From the NCBI GenBank assembly GCA_964613955.1, contig CAZTJN010000002.1:73526-130722 (forward strand): 57,197 nucleotides of DNA, written 5' to 3'. The notes beneath the pieces are model-generated. The model searched no databases. It saw only the letters and a list, made by a program, of their open reading frames with translations, and was not told where the DNA came from. A program made the translations under genes and the position numbers. This stretch comes from an uncultured archaeon. Lineage in GTDB: Archaea; Aenigmatarchaeota; Aenigmatarchaeia; QMZP01; QMZT01. Positions within the stretch are counted from its first letter, which is position 1. The number at the start of each line of letters is the position of its first letter. Below are positions 41,663 through 50,486 of the stretch, in pieces.

Positions 41663-43362
41663 ACACCTCGGAAGAGTTCAGGGAAGATGTTCTGCGATTG
41701 TTGTCGAAGGCGACAAAGCTAAAGAAGGATGAAATATTACTCAAAAAACCACCGCAGCCGGAGTTCGGTGATGCAGCGTTCCCCTGTTTTACCATCTCCA
41801 AAAAACTTAGAAAGGCTCCGGATGAGATAGCAAAAAACCTTTCCGAAAAGCTCAGACCTTCCGGTCTCGTTGTGAAGGTGGAGCCAAAGGGCGGATATCT
41901 CAATTTCTTTGCAGACTGGGGCAAGATAGGTCAGGAAGCCATTAGAAGAATTCTGAGGGAGGGAGAAAAATACGGAAAGGGTAAAAGGAAAGGAAAAAAT
42001 ATAATGGTTGAGTACTGTCATTTCAACACGCACAAAGCTGTTCATATAGGTCACATACGAACTGCCTGCTTGGGCGAATCGCTCTCAAGGATACTTGAAT
42101 TTTCAGGATACAGGGTGATAAGGGCGAACTATCAGGGAGACATAGGACCTCATGTTGCAAGGTGCATATGGGGATTCCTCAAACTTTATAAGGGAAAGGA
42201 ACCTGAGAAGGAGAAAGGCAAATGGCTGGGAAAGGTGTACGCAGAGGCAAGCAAAAAATTAAAAGAAAACGAAAGGTATGCAAAAGAAGTGGACGAGATA
42301 AACAAAAAAATATATGCAGGCGACCCGGAACTTACGAGGGTATGGAAGAAAACGAGAAAATGGAGTCTTGACTATTTCGACAAGATTTACAGGACTTTCG
42401 GGATAAAGTTCGACCGTCTGTATTTCGAAAGCGAGGTCGAAAAGCTGGGGACAAAAATTGTCAGAAATCTCCTTGAAAAAGGCATAGCAAAGAAGAGCGA
42501 GGAAGCAATAGTAATGGACCTGAAAAAATACGGTCTGGGGGTTTTCCTTCTGCTGAAATCAGACAGAACCCCTCTTTATTCCACCAAGGATATAGGGCTG
42601 GCAGAACTAAAATCAAGAGAGTACAGAATCGACAAGTCTGTCCATGTCGTGGGCTCTGAGCAGAAATTGTATTTCCAACAGCTCTTCAAGACATTCGAGC
42701 TTGCAAAATCCCCGCTTGCAAAGAAAAGTTATCACCTGTGTTACGAGCTTGTGAATTTGCCAACAGGCAAGATGGCGTCGAGAGAGGGAGACGTCATCTT
42801 GTATGAGGATGTCTTGGAGGAGTTGAAAAAGCATGCAAGGGAAGAGACGGCAAAAAGAAACCCGGAGATGGAGAAAGAAAAACTGGGACAGGTATCGGAC
42901 AACATAGCCCTCGCTTCGCTGAAATACGACATGATAAAGATGTCCCCTTCCAAAACGATAATATTCGACTGGAGGCAGGCACTGGATTTCGAAGGCAATG
43001 CCGCCCCTTATCTGCAATACACATATGCGCGCGCACATTCCATAGTTAGAAAATCAGGGGTCAAAGAAATCAGAGGTTTCGACATGAATCTGCTCAAGCA
43101 CCCCATGGAAAGGGAACTTATCAAAATGATATCAGAATTCCCCGGACTCATACGAAACGCTTCGGAGGATCTCCGTCCGCACTATGTTGCTAAGTATTGT
43201 TTTGAACTGTCGACAAGATTCAATGAATTCTATCAGTTCATGCCGGTTATTCACGCCCAGGCAGGCATGAAGACAGCAAGACTGGCTCTGGTTAAAGCTG
43301 TTTCTGTCGTCCTCAAGAACGCCCTGAAACTCTTGGGCATAGAAGTTCAGGAAAGAATGTAG
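41659..43362 (+). CDS. argS: Arginyl-tRNA synthetase
   Basis: 567 aa. HIGH-type motif HKAVHIGHIR, a KMSK-equivalent GKMASREG, and a C-terminal DALR anticodon-binding region (APYLQYTYARAHSI). The start overlaps the cutA stop by 4 nt. Confidence 0.95.
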   Translation: MNTSEEFREDVLRLLSKATKLKKDEILLKKPPQPEFGDAAFPCFTISKKLRKAPDEIAKNLSEKLRPSGLVVKVEPKGGYLNFFADWGKIGQEAIRRILREGEKYGKGKRKGKNIMVEYCHFNTHKAVHIGHIRTACLGESLSRILEFSGYRVIRANYQGDIGPHVARCIWGFLKLYKGKEPEKEKGKWLGKVYAEASKKLKENERYAKEVDEINKKIYAGDPELTRVWKKTRKWSLDYFDKIYRTFGIKFDRLYFESEVEKLGTKIVRNLLEKGIAKKSEEAIVMDLKKYGLGVFLLLKSDRTPLYSTKDIGLAELKSREYRIDKSVHVVGSEQKLYFQQLFKTFELAKSPLAKKSYHLCYELVNLPTGKMASREGDVILYEDVLEELKKHAREETAKRNPEMEKEKLGQVSDNIALASLKYDMIKMSPSKTIIFDWRQALDFEGNAAPYLQYTYARAHSIVRKSGVKEIRGFDMNLLKHPMERELIKMISEFPGLIRNASEDLRPHYVAKYCFELSTRFNEFYQFMPVIHAQAGMKTARLALVKAVSVVLKNALKLLGIEVQERM

Positions 43363-43373
43363 GTCGAAGGAAC

Positions 43374-44036
43374 CTAAACAGAACGTATTACAATACCCTT
43401 GGGCGTTATATCGAAGGGATGTATATCTGTCGAGTGATCGGTCATTCTCATCTTTCTTATCATTAAGGAACGCTTGTGTTTCGCTATTCCAAGATACTGG
43501 AGAATGATGACCGAATCCACCATGAATTCTATGACCCCGAATCTTGAAAGCCCTTTGCTATCCTCAAGAACTTCCGCAACCAAAAGGACTGTCTTGCCCA
43601 TGTCCCTTAATCTCTGCAGGACCTTGAACAAAGACTTTCGAATCTTGAACGGCTCATGCATGTAAAGTTCGAACATGCTGACCGAATCAATTACAACCCT
43701 TTTTGCCTTTGCCGCCTCTATGTTCTCTGTAATCCTCTCTATCAGGGTTTCTATGTCAAACGGCTCGATTTCCATGACCTTCACCATGCCCTTTTTCTCG
43801 AGTTCACCGAAATCCCAGCCGAACGTTTTCGATTGCTTCTTTATGTTGGCTATTGTTTCTCCTGTTGTCAGATAGAGGCCTCTTTCGTTGTTTTTAACCG
43901 CTCCGTTGTACAGGAACTGCGCACAGAATATGGATTTCCCCGTTCCTGTCTTGCCAGAAACAAGGTTTATGCTCGCATCTTCGAATCCCCCGCCCATCAA
44001 TTCATCCAGCCCCGGTATCCCTGAGCTCACCCTCAT
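43374..44036 (-). CDS. KaiC/RadA-like RecA-superfamily ATPase (single domain)
   Basis: GIPGLDELMGGGFE..., Walker A SGKTGTGKS, Walker B VVIDSV. The 220-aa length fits. Confidence 0.85.
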   Translation of the reverse strand: MRVSSGIPGLDELMGGGFEDASINLVSGKTGTGKSIFCAQFLYNGAVKNNERGLYLTTGETIANIKKQSKTFGWDFGELEKKGMVKVMEIEPFDIETLIERITENIEAAKAKRVVIDSVSMFELYMHEPFKIRKSLFKVLQRLRDMGKTVLLVAEVLEDSKGLSRFGVIEFMVDSVIILQYLGIAKHKRSLMIRKMRMTDHSTDIHPFDITPKGIVIRSV

Positions 44037-44100
44037 AACATCAGTTTATTTTTGTTGTCATGTTTTATAAATTTTTTAACATGAAATACAAAAGAGAACT

Positions 44101-44907
44101 ATGATAAGGAGACCTGTGGTGGCTGGAATGTTCTATCCATTGAACAGAGACAACCTTAACGAAAAGCTTTCGGGGTTATTTGGAGGGGTAAAACCCGGTG
44201 ATTTCATCTGCGTGGTTTCGCCGCATGCAGGCTATGAATATTCCGGGAAAACATCAGCTCATGCAATCGGATCGCTGAGACCTGCCAGGAGTTTCGTCAT
44301 TCTCGGTCCCAACCATAATTTGTTAGGCTCTGAATTCTCGGTAATGTCTTCGGGCGAATGGGAGACACCCCTAGGAAACATAGAGATAGATAACGGACTG
44401 GCGAATGAAATTAAAAAATGCGACGCCATAGAGGAAGACGAATTCGCCCACACGCACGAACACTCCGTCGAAGTTCAGCTGCCATTTCTCCAATACGTGT
44501 TTAAAAAGTTCAGGTTTGTTCCAATCTCCATCTCCAATGTCGGATACTCGGATGATTTCTTAAGGAAATGCGAAACCCTCGGGAAACAAATAGCGAAAAC
44601 GATAAGAAACAAAAATGTCGGTGTGATCGCTTCTTCTGATTTTTCACATTATCTCCCGAGAGAACTCGCAGACGAAAAGGACAGAAAAGCGATAGAAAAA
44701 ATCCTGAAACTCGATACAAAAGGATTCTTCCGAGTGCTCGAAGAGATTGATGCATCCGTGTGCGGCTATGGACCGATTGCCGTCGTTATGTGCATAGCGA
44801 AAGAACTCAGAATGAAAACAGCAAAAATTATAAAGCATACGGATTCGGGTGACATAACAGGCGATGAGTCATCGGTTGTTTCGTACTATGCAATCGGCTT
44901 TAAATAA
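44101..44907 (+). CDS. MEMO1-family protein (AmmeMemoRadiSam system protein B)
   Basis: RRPVVAGMFYP..., SPHAGYEYSG, EHSVEVQLPFLQ, SSDFSHY. Confidence 0.85.
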   Translation: MIRRPVVAGMFYPLNRDNLNEKLSGLFGGVKPGDFICVVSPHAGYEYSGKTSAHAIGSLRPARSFVILGPNHNLLGSEFSVMSSGEWETPLGNIEIDNGLANEIKKCDAIEEDEFAHTHEHSVEVQLPFLQYVFKKFRFVPISISNVGYSDDFLRKCETLGKQIAKTIRNKNVGVIASSDFSHYLPRELADEKDRKAIEKILKLDTKGFFRVLEEIDASVCGYGPIAVVMCIAKELRMKTAKIIKHTDSGDITGDESSVVSYYAIGFK

Positions 44908-44918
44908 CGCCTGAATAT

Positions 44919-45311
44919 CTATGATCTTCTTAACGGGTTATTGGGAGAATCGTGCGCCAGGAAAAGTCTTCGGGGGTCAGGGTGACCCCTTATATGAATG
45001 CCCAGCATTTCCGAAAGCTCCCTTTCGAATAAATTCGCTCCAGGATAAATGTCCGTTACAGTTTCAATGGTGTGGTTTTTTTTGTCCACAGGAACGCGTA
45101 TGTTTATTGCCCTGTTTTTGTGTATGAGATGGTAAATGACCTCTATGTTCCTGCCGACGTCTGTCCCTGATATCGAGGATATCCTGTAAACACCAAGGTC
45201 TTTGAGATCCTTCAGAATACCTTTAAATTTTTCCATGGTCGTGCTGATCCATACATTGTTGTTTTCTATCTCTGGCTTTAGCCGTTTCAGATAATTCTCC
45301 ATGTGCATCAC
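44919..45311 (-). CDS. mbhK: NuoC/MbhK-like (30-kDa subunit family) protein
   Basis: 130 aa. IEVIYHL...VTDIYPGANLFERELSEMLGI matches the NuoC core. The start overlaps the upstream stop as ATGA. The symbol is assigned by colinearity only. Confidence 0.8.
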   Translation of the reverse strand: MMHMENYLKRLKPEIENNNVWISTTMEKFKGILKDLKDLGVYRISSISGTDVGRNIEVIYHLIHKNRAINIRVPVDKKNHTIETVTDIYPGANLFERELSEMLGIHIRGHPDPRRLFLAHDSPNNPLRRS

Positions 45312-45793
45312 GATTCCCCCATTTTCTTTAGAATCTTTATCACTCCGTCTATTAATGCTTCGGGCTTTGGAGGACAGCCGGGAATGTAAACGTCAACCGG
45401 TATGATCCTGTCAAGGGGTCCAACAATGTTGTAGCAGTCGTAAAATACGCCCTTTGAGATAGCGCATGTTCCGAACGCTATCACGTATTTCGGGTCTCCC
45501 ATCTGCTCGTAAATCGTTTTAATCCGGTCTCTCATCTTCACGTTTATGGGACCCTCTATTATCAGGATGTCTGCATGCCTTGGCGAGCCCTTCGAAAGAA
45601 TCCCGAACCTTTCCAGGTCATATTTTGGCGTAAGGGAAGCGAGGATTTCTATGGAACATCCGTTGCACCCCGAACCCCCGAGATGCAGGACCCATGGGGA
45701 TTTTTTCCTGCAATAGTTCAGGAGTTTCCTCAGTAGTGGCTTCTTTGTTTTTTCCAGAGTTTTGCCATCCAGCCTTATCATTCCCTCTTTCAT
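45308..45793 (-). CDS. mbhJ: NuoB/MbhJ-like [4Fe-4S] small subunit
   Basis: All four N2-type cluster cysteines are present (GCNGC, GTCA, GCPP). The start, ATG 45793, overlaps the upstream stop as ATGA. Confidence 0.9.
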   Translation of the reverse strand: MKEGMIRLDGKTLEKTKKPLLRKLLNYCRKKSPWVLHLGGSGCNGCSIEILASLTPKYDLERFGILSKGSPRHADILIIEGPINVKMRDRIKTIYEQMGDPKYVIAFGTCAISKGVFYDCYNIVGPLDRIIPVDVYIPGCPPKPEALIDGVIKILKKMGES

Positions 45794-46095
45794 GCGAACG
45801 CCCATATAATTATTGAAAATATGACTACAACAGTCCCTATCATAATCCAGAGGAGGTAGTCGGAAAGCTTTCCTGAATGATAGTTTCGCAGGACATCCAC
45901 GCCCACAGCCTTCTTCAGCGAATCATAGAAATTTTCAGTGCTCACGGTGACCATTGGGAAATCCTCCCCGCATGTATAGGTCTCGTATTTCTTTTCTTCC
46001 TCTCTTGTTTTTCTGTTGCCAAGAAGATAGACCAAAAAACCTATTAATACAAATCCTATGAATGTCAGTACAAACCATGACCACTGCTCAAACAT
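45790..46095 (-). CDS. mbhI: Small membrane subunit (MbhI/NuoA-like)
   Basis: 101 aa with two TM helices flanking a YTCGE motif. Its position lies between the antiporter-like subunit and the NuoB-like gene. Confidence 0.6.
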   Translation of the reverse strand: MFEQWSWFVLTFIGFVLIGFLVYLLGNRKTREEEKKYETYTCGEDFPMVTVSTENFYDSLKKAVGVDVLRNYHSGKLSDYLLWIMIGTVVVIFSIIIWAFA

Positions 46096-46145
46096 TCAAA
46101 ATCACCCAAATGCCGAGGCAGGCGAAAGTCTGATTCATTCGTTAT

Positions 46146-47546
46146 TCAACCTCCCATCACGGCAGTTATATATTGACTATGATTTAATAAAGCGTTGGCT
46201 GCAGGTTCAACGATATTCATTCCTATTTGTGGGAACACCCCTATGAGAACGCATATTATCGTCAGTATCACGACTGGTATGAGCAAAATTTTCGGGACAT
46301 CCTTCTCAACCCTTTCCGTTGTCAAGAAGATAGCTGAAAATATCTTGAAGGAATATGCGAGCGTGATTGCCGATGCAATGATTGCAAGGGCCGTCAGCAC
46401 AGGGCTTATTTCCCATGATGCCATGAATATCAGCCATTTCGAAACAAATCCGTTTAGCGGCGGTATGCCGGAGAGCGAAAGCAGCCCTATGCCCATGCAC
46501 ACCATCAGCGGCGTGTTTCGCATTCCCATCCCGTTCAAATTATCCTTACCCGTTACGTATATTGCTATCCCAGCGCCCATGAACAGAATGGATTTCAGGA
46601 TGGCGTTGTTGAACAGATGATACATGCCTGCAGTCAGACCAAGTAACGTTCCAAAGCCCGAAGCCATCACGACATATCCTATTTGAGAAATTCCCGAGTA
46701 TGCAAGCATCCGCTTTACATTTACCTGGGCCAATGCCATGAATGCCCCGACAAGCATGGTGAACACGCCGAATAGTATGAGTACCCAGTTTAGCTGTATG
46801 AGATTGAAAATAAACAAAATCCTCAGAATACCGTAAACACCTATCGCTGTCGATGCAGCCGTAAATACGGCTCCTACGGGAGCGGGCGTGCCTTCGATGG
46901 CATCCGGCTTCCATGCATGAAAAGGAATTATTGTCGCTTTCAGGGAGAATCCCGCTATCATAAGACCAAGGGCTACAATATACGGGGAGGCTAGGGATAC
47001 CTTTGAGGCAAGGTCGGCAAAGTTCAGCGTTCCTGTCAGACCGTACAGCATGCCAATGCCTATGAGTATGAAGGTGGAGGTTAAAGAGCCTGCTATCAGG
47101 TACTTGAACGCTCCTTCTATCGCGCGCTTATCGAGAAAGAAGGCGACGAGGGCGTAAGAAGAGACTGATAGTATCTCGAAGAACACATAAAGATTGAATA
47201 TGTCACCTGTAAGCGAGATGCCAAGCAGACCTATTGTCTGCAGGCATAGAAGTGTGTAAAACCTATATCTTCTCTCCTTTATGTACTTTAATGAATACAC
47301 GGCAACGAATGAAGACACCCCGGTTACTATCAAGGCGAAAAACAGGTTAAATTTATCAAGAACCCATACTATACCGAAGGGTGGCAGCCACCCTCCAAAT
47401 CTCACAACCATTATATCAGGATTCAGCAGCATGTAGCAGACAGAGAAAAATGAGAACAAGATAGCTGCTACCGCTATCTCATCCCTCCTGAGAACCAGAA
47501 CCAAAAACGTCGCGGAAAAAAGTATAAGCAGCATGTATGTTATCAC
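46146..47546 (-). CDS. mbhH: Mrp/NuoN-type antiporter-like subunit (MnhD/MbhH-like)
   Basis: 466-aa polytopic protein with the proton-pumping subunit signature region (SSYALVAF..KYLIAGSLTS..FHAWKPDA). Confidence 0.9.
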   Translation of the reverse strand: MITYMLLILFSATFLVLVLRRDEIAVAAILFSFFSVCYMLLNPDIMVVRFGGWLPPFGIVWVLDKFNLFFALIVTGVSSFVAVYSLKYIKERRYRFYTLLCLQTIGLLGISLTGDIFNLYVFFEILSVSSYALVAFFLDKRAIEGAFKYLIAGSLTSTFILIGIGMLYGLTGTLNFADLASKVSLASPYIVALGLMIAGFSLKATIIPFHAWKPDAIEGTPAPVGAVFTAASTAIGVYGILRILFIFNLIQLNWVLILFGVFTMLVGAFMALAQVNVKRMLAYSGISQIGYVVMASGFGTLLGLTAGMYHLFNNAILKSILFMGAGIAIYVTGKDNLNGMGMRNTPLMVCMGIGLLSLSGIPPLNGFVSKWLIFMASWEISPVLTALAIIASAITLAYSFKIFSAIFLTTERVEKDVPKILLIPVVILTIICVLIGVFPQIGMNIVEPAANALLNHSQYITAVMGG

Positions 47547-47547
47547 A

Positions 47548-47898
47548 TTACCCCCTCAAATTATTCAGTTTCTCCATATCCAGCGTCTTCGTGCCCCTGT
47601 ATGCGAGTATAACAATCCCAAGTGCCAGGGCAGTGACACTCAGTTGTATCACTATCGATGTAAGGACGAGCGCTTGCGGTAACGGATCAACGGCATACCG
47701 CACGAAGTACTCGATATTCGTAGGTGTTACAATCGGAGGTATGCCGTTCTCCTGAAATCCAATCGTTATCAACAAAAGATGAACGGAATTTGTTAACACC
47801 CCGAGACCTATGACTTTTTTTATCATGTTCTTCTTCCGGACTACGCAGTAAATTCCTATCAATGCAACCAGGACCATACCAGCGTATATTTCTAACAT
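47548..47898 (-). CDS. mbhG: MnhC/NuoK-like subunit (MbhG-like)
   Basis: From ATG 47898 (preceded by GGAGTGA) it gives a 117-aa three-TM protein (KKVIGLGVLTNSVHLLLI). The ORF track extends to 47997 into the upstream gene. Confidence 0.85.
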   Translation of the reverse strand: MLEIYAGMVLVALIGIYCVVRKKNMIKKVIGLGVLTNSVHLLLITIGFQENGIPPIVTPTNIEYFVRYAVDPLPQALVLTSIVIQLSVTALALGIVILAYRGTKTLDMEKLNNLRG

Positions 47899-47900
47899 AC

Positions 47901-48296
47901 TCACTCCTTCATCAGCAGGAATAATATAAGTATTACAGCCATGGAGACCATTACCCCTCCAGTGACATTCAGGAACAGAATCTGCTGCGCGCTCCACAAT
48001 TCGAAAATAGTCCCCGTGGGTTTCAAAACAGACCTAACAAATGTTTCAAACAGAACGATAGACACCAAAAGCAATGCGGCAAAAGCCTCTGCTATGTGTG
48101 CGGTTTTTTCCTTTATGGTTCTTTCGGCCTTGCTCAGACCGAACGATAACATTAGCAAGGCAATCCCCGACGCTATTATAATCCCGCCGGGAAAGGAGCC
48201 GCCGGGGGTCAGATGACCATGAAATAATATGTACACGCCAAACAATACTATGAAAGGAAACAGGCCCTTCACCACAGTTCTTATTATAATATCCAT
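47901..48296 (-). CDS. mbhF: MnhB-like subunit (MbhF-like)
   Basis: The GHLTPGGSFPGG motif is typical of the MnhB domain. The start overlaps the upstream stop by 1 nt. Confidence 0.85.
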   Translation of the reverse strand: MDIIIRTVVKGLFPFIVLFGVYILFHGHLTPGGSFPGGIIIASGIALLMLSFGLSKAERTIKEKTAHIAEAFAALLLVSIVLFETFVRSVLKPTGTIFELWSAQQILFLNVTGGVMVSMAVILILFLLMKE

Positions 48297-48568
48297 TATT
48301 TCCGCCTCTTCAGCCCAAATACTACGATAGTGAAAACACCAACTGCTGCCGTAAACAAAACAGTTTCCTCGCCCACTGTATCGAACCCCCTGAAATCCCA
48401 GACTATGGAACTTACGAGGTTCGCTGACCCTGTTTTTTCGAGACCCTTTTCAATATAGTAACTGGCAACTTGCTTGTTTTTCCATGAAGCAAAAGACGGC
48501 GTGAGGAAGACGTACAGCAGCAGGGAGCCGAAAACGACCAGACACGCGAAAAACAAAATACCTTTCAT
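48296..48568 (-). CDS. mbhE: MnhB-N-like small subunit (MbhE-like)
   Basis: NLVSSIVWDFRGFDTVGEE motif in a 90-aa protein. It has an ATGA overlap with the upstream gene. Confidence 0.75.
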   Translation of the reverse strand: MKGILFFACLVVFGSLLLYVFLTPSFASWKNKQVASYYIEKGLEKTGSANLVSSIVWDFRGFDTVGEETVLFTAAVGVFTIVVFGLKRRK

Positions 48569-48798
48569 TCCTCAAACCTCCTAGTCTTTCTTATGACGAT
48601 TATATAGATAAGGGTGGTCAGGCCAGCATTCACGGCAGCCTCTGTGATAGCGATATCAGGAGCATTCAGGAGAAGGAAGAGGATGGCAAGTGTCAGGGAT
48701 GCAGAAGCCAGAAATATTACAGAGTAAAGCAGGTCCTTATGATAGACTGCCATGATAGAGAAAAGTATCAGCAGCAAGAGCAGGGGAACAAACATCAT
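48565..48798 (-). CDS. mbhD: DUF4040/MnhB-related small subunit (MbhD-like)
   Basis: 77 aa with the NAPDIAITEAAVNAGLTT motif. Confidence 0.75.
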   Translation of the reverse strand: MMFVPLLLLLILFSIMAVYHKDLLYSVIFLASASLTLAILFLLLNAPDIAITEAAVNAGLTTLIYIIVIRKTRRFEE

Positions 48799-48829
48799 AT
48801 ATATAATATGTGTTCTGTTAAATTAATTC

Positions 48830-49246
48830 CTATTTATCTTTTTTAACCATAGCCTGTATTTCGGTGGCAATTTCATCTATCTGATTTGCCACCTTGCTCA
48901 TATGTTCCTGTATTTCTCTGCTGGCGTTTTCAAGTTCCCTCTCCCTTTCCTGAAGAAAAAGTTCGGCCGATTTCATTGTTTTCTGGGTCATGATGTTTGC
49001 CCCGACACCCACGAGAAAATTTTTGGTATCCATTACCCTTCCCTTCCCGTAACACCCGCTACCCAGGGGGATGAGCACATCATCGTTACCTTTCCCTGAT
49101 TTCAGATCCTTGAAGACCTGTTCGGTCGTTTTGGTTTCAATGAACTGTCTTTCGACCATCTCTAACTGCTGCCTGAGGGTTTCGAGGTTCTGCTGGAGCA
49201 GCTGATAAAGAACGTATTTCTCTTGAAGTTTTTCCTTTGACATCAA
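48830..49246 (-). CDS. pfdA: Prefoldin alpha subunit
   Basis: 138 aa. Coiled-coil ends flank a double beta-hairpin (VLIPLGSGCYGKGRVMDTKNFLVGVGANIM). Confidence 0.85.
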   Translation of the reverse strand: MMSKEKLQEKYVLYQLLQQNLETLRQQLEMVERQFIETKTTEQVFKDLKSGKGNDDVLIPLGSGCYGKGRVMDTKNFLVGVGANIMTQKTMKSAELFLQERERELENASREIQEHMSKVANQIDEIATEIQAMVKKDK

Positions 49247-49514
49247 ATCACGTAATAATAATTTGATACGTTATTTAAATAATGAATTTGTCCATGTTTC
49301 TGATATTACCTGCTATCAACCCGTACCTCATGATTCGTTCCTGCCGCCTCGGGACCGTAGAAAGCAAAGAAAACAAGACTGTATTTTGCGAGCCCCTTGT
49401 TCAAAATCCCTTTCATGTCCATCAATTCTTAATTCTGAAGTAGTCAGTAAATTTAAACTTCAAAAAGGTTGTATTTTTCAAGATATTCTCTTTGTGGCAA
49501 AAACAAAAAGCGAA

Positions 49515-49856
49515 TTATAACAACTTGAGATTTTTTGTTATCCTGTCAATCTTCTCCTCTTCGGCCGGGCCAATTCCAAGAGTGGTGACTTCACCTGACC
49601 TTACCTGGGTCCTGCCTGCATCCCTTATTACCGCATAAGGGATTCCTTCCTTCTTTACCTTCTCTTTGATGTCCATCAGGTTTCTAAGACTTTCGACTTT
49701 GAGAACAACCTTCTTTGACCCTTCCTCTTCCCAGAGCTTTCGAATGTTTTCATCCGTTTTTTTATAGGCTTCAAGGGAGGCATGTGCTACCTGTGAAGCG
49801 ATTTTTCCTTTATCCATTCCTAGGTCCTTCCGAACGACAATAACCTGTTTGTACAT
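49515..49856 (-). CDS. pth2: Peptidyl-tRNA hydrolase, archaeal Pth2 type
   Basis: KQVIVVRKDLGMDKGKIASQVAHAS...IRDAGRTQV..TTLGIGP, in a 113-aa protein. Confidence 0.9.
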   Translation of the reverse strand: MYKQVIVVRKDLGMDKGKIASQVAHASLEAYKKTDENIRKLWEEEGSKKVVLKVESLRNLMDIKEKVKKEGIPYAVIRDAGRTQVRSGEVTTLGIGPAEEEKIDRITKNLKLL

Positions 49857-49963
49857 ACAATAGAATAAATTAACAGGATTATAAAATAAAAAGTGTCGTT
49901 ATGAAAAGACATAGTTAAAAATAAAAAAATCAAAGAAAAACGGGAAAAGGCAATTTACTGTGT

Positions 49964-50437
49964 TTAACTGACCGTTCCTGTTACAGTTCCTGTTTCCTTG
50001 AATCCTGTCAATCCTGAGTCAAGGTTGTTGTATGTTAGCTCAACTGTTGCCGTGTACGTATTACCTGACGTGAAACCTGCGCAGTCCGCTACGACCTTGA
50101 AGGTCCCGCCTATACCAACTTCTTTGTAGGCAGCACCATCGAAGTCCGCGTTCGTGCAGGAGGTAGCGCCTATAGTTACTGTAACTGCTGTAAAGTTCAA
50201 TCTGGAAGCCAGGTTGTTTTTCAGATTCAGTTCAAAGTTGTTTGGTGTTGTTGCTGCCAACTTCCATGAACCTGTCGCTGGAGCGCCTATGTTGGCGAAT
50301 CCTGTTGCCCGTGAACCTGCGTACGTCGCTGGATTGAACACCCCAAGGGCGTACAGAGCCGCTGCCACTATTATTACAATCAAGATTGCCCAACCGTATG
50401 TCATCAAATACTCCATTGCGGATTGTCCTTTCTTCAT
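49964..50437 (-). CDS. Archaeal type IV pilin with a class III signal peptide
   Basis: MKKGQSAMEYLMTYGWAILIVIIVAAALYALG carries the KGQ-S..E motif plus a hydrophobic helix. The body is Thr/Gly/Ala-rich beta sequence. Start taken as ATG 50437. The track start at 50446 is a GTG. Confidence 0.8.
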   Translation of the reverse strand: MKKGQSAMEYLMTYGWAILIVIIVAAALYALGVFNPATYAGSRATGFANIGAPATGSWKLAATTPNNFELNLKNNLASRLNFTAVTVTIGATSCTNADFDGAAYKEVGIGGTFKVVADCAGFTSGNTYTATVELTYNNLDSGLTGFKETGTVTGTVS

Positions 50438-50467
50438 GTTGATCACTTTATAATTGGTTTCAACTGG

Positions 50468-50480
50468 TATATATATATTA
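50468..50480 (-). promoter_or_regulatory. Strong TATA-like element for the pilin gene
   Basis: The minus strand reads TAATATATATATA about 30-43 nt upstream of ATG 50437, inside the 40-nt gap after the platform genes. Confidence 0.4.
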
Positions 50481-50486
50481 AGCGGG

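Noticed and set aside
49247-49514. 268-nt gap between pth2 and pfdA, checked for a C/D-box sRNA and for small ORFs (a 38-codon minus-strand ORF at 49306..49422, and an 85-aa + strand ORF)
   Set aside because: I found no proper RUGAUGA...CUGA pairing. The small ORFs have no Shine-Dalgarno box or recognisable features. The region is left unannotated.
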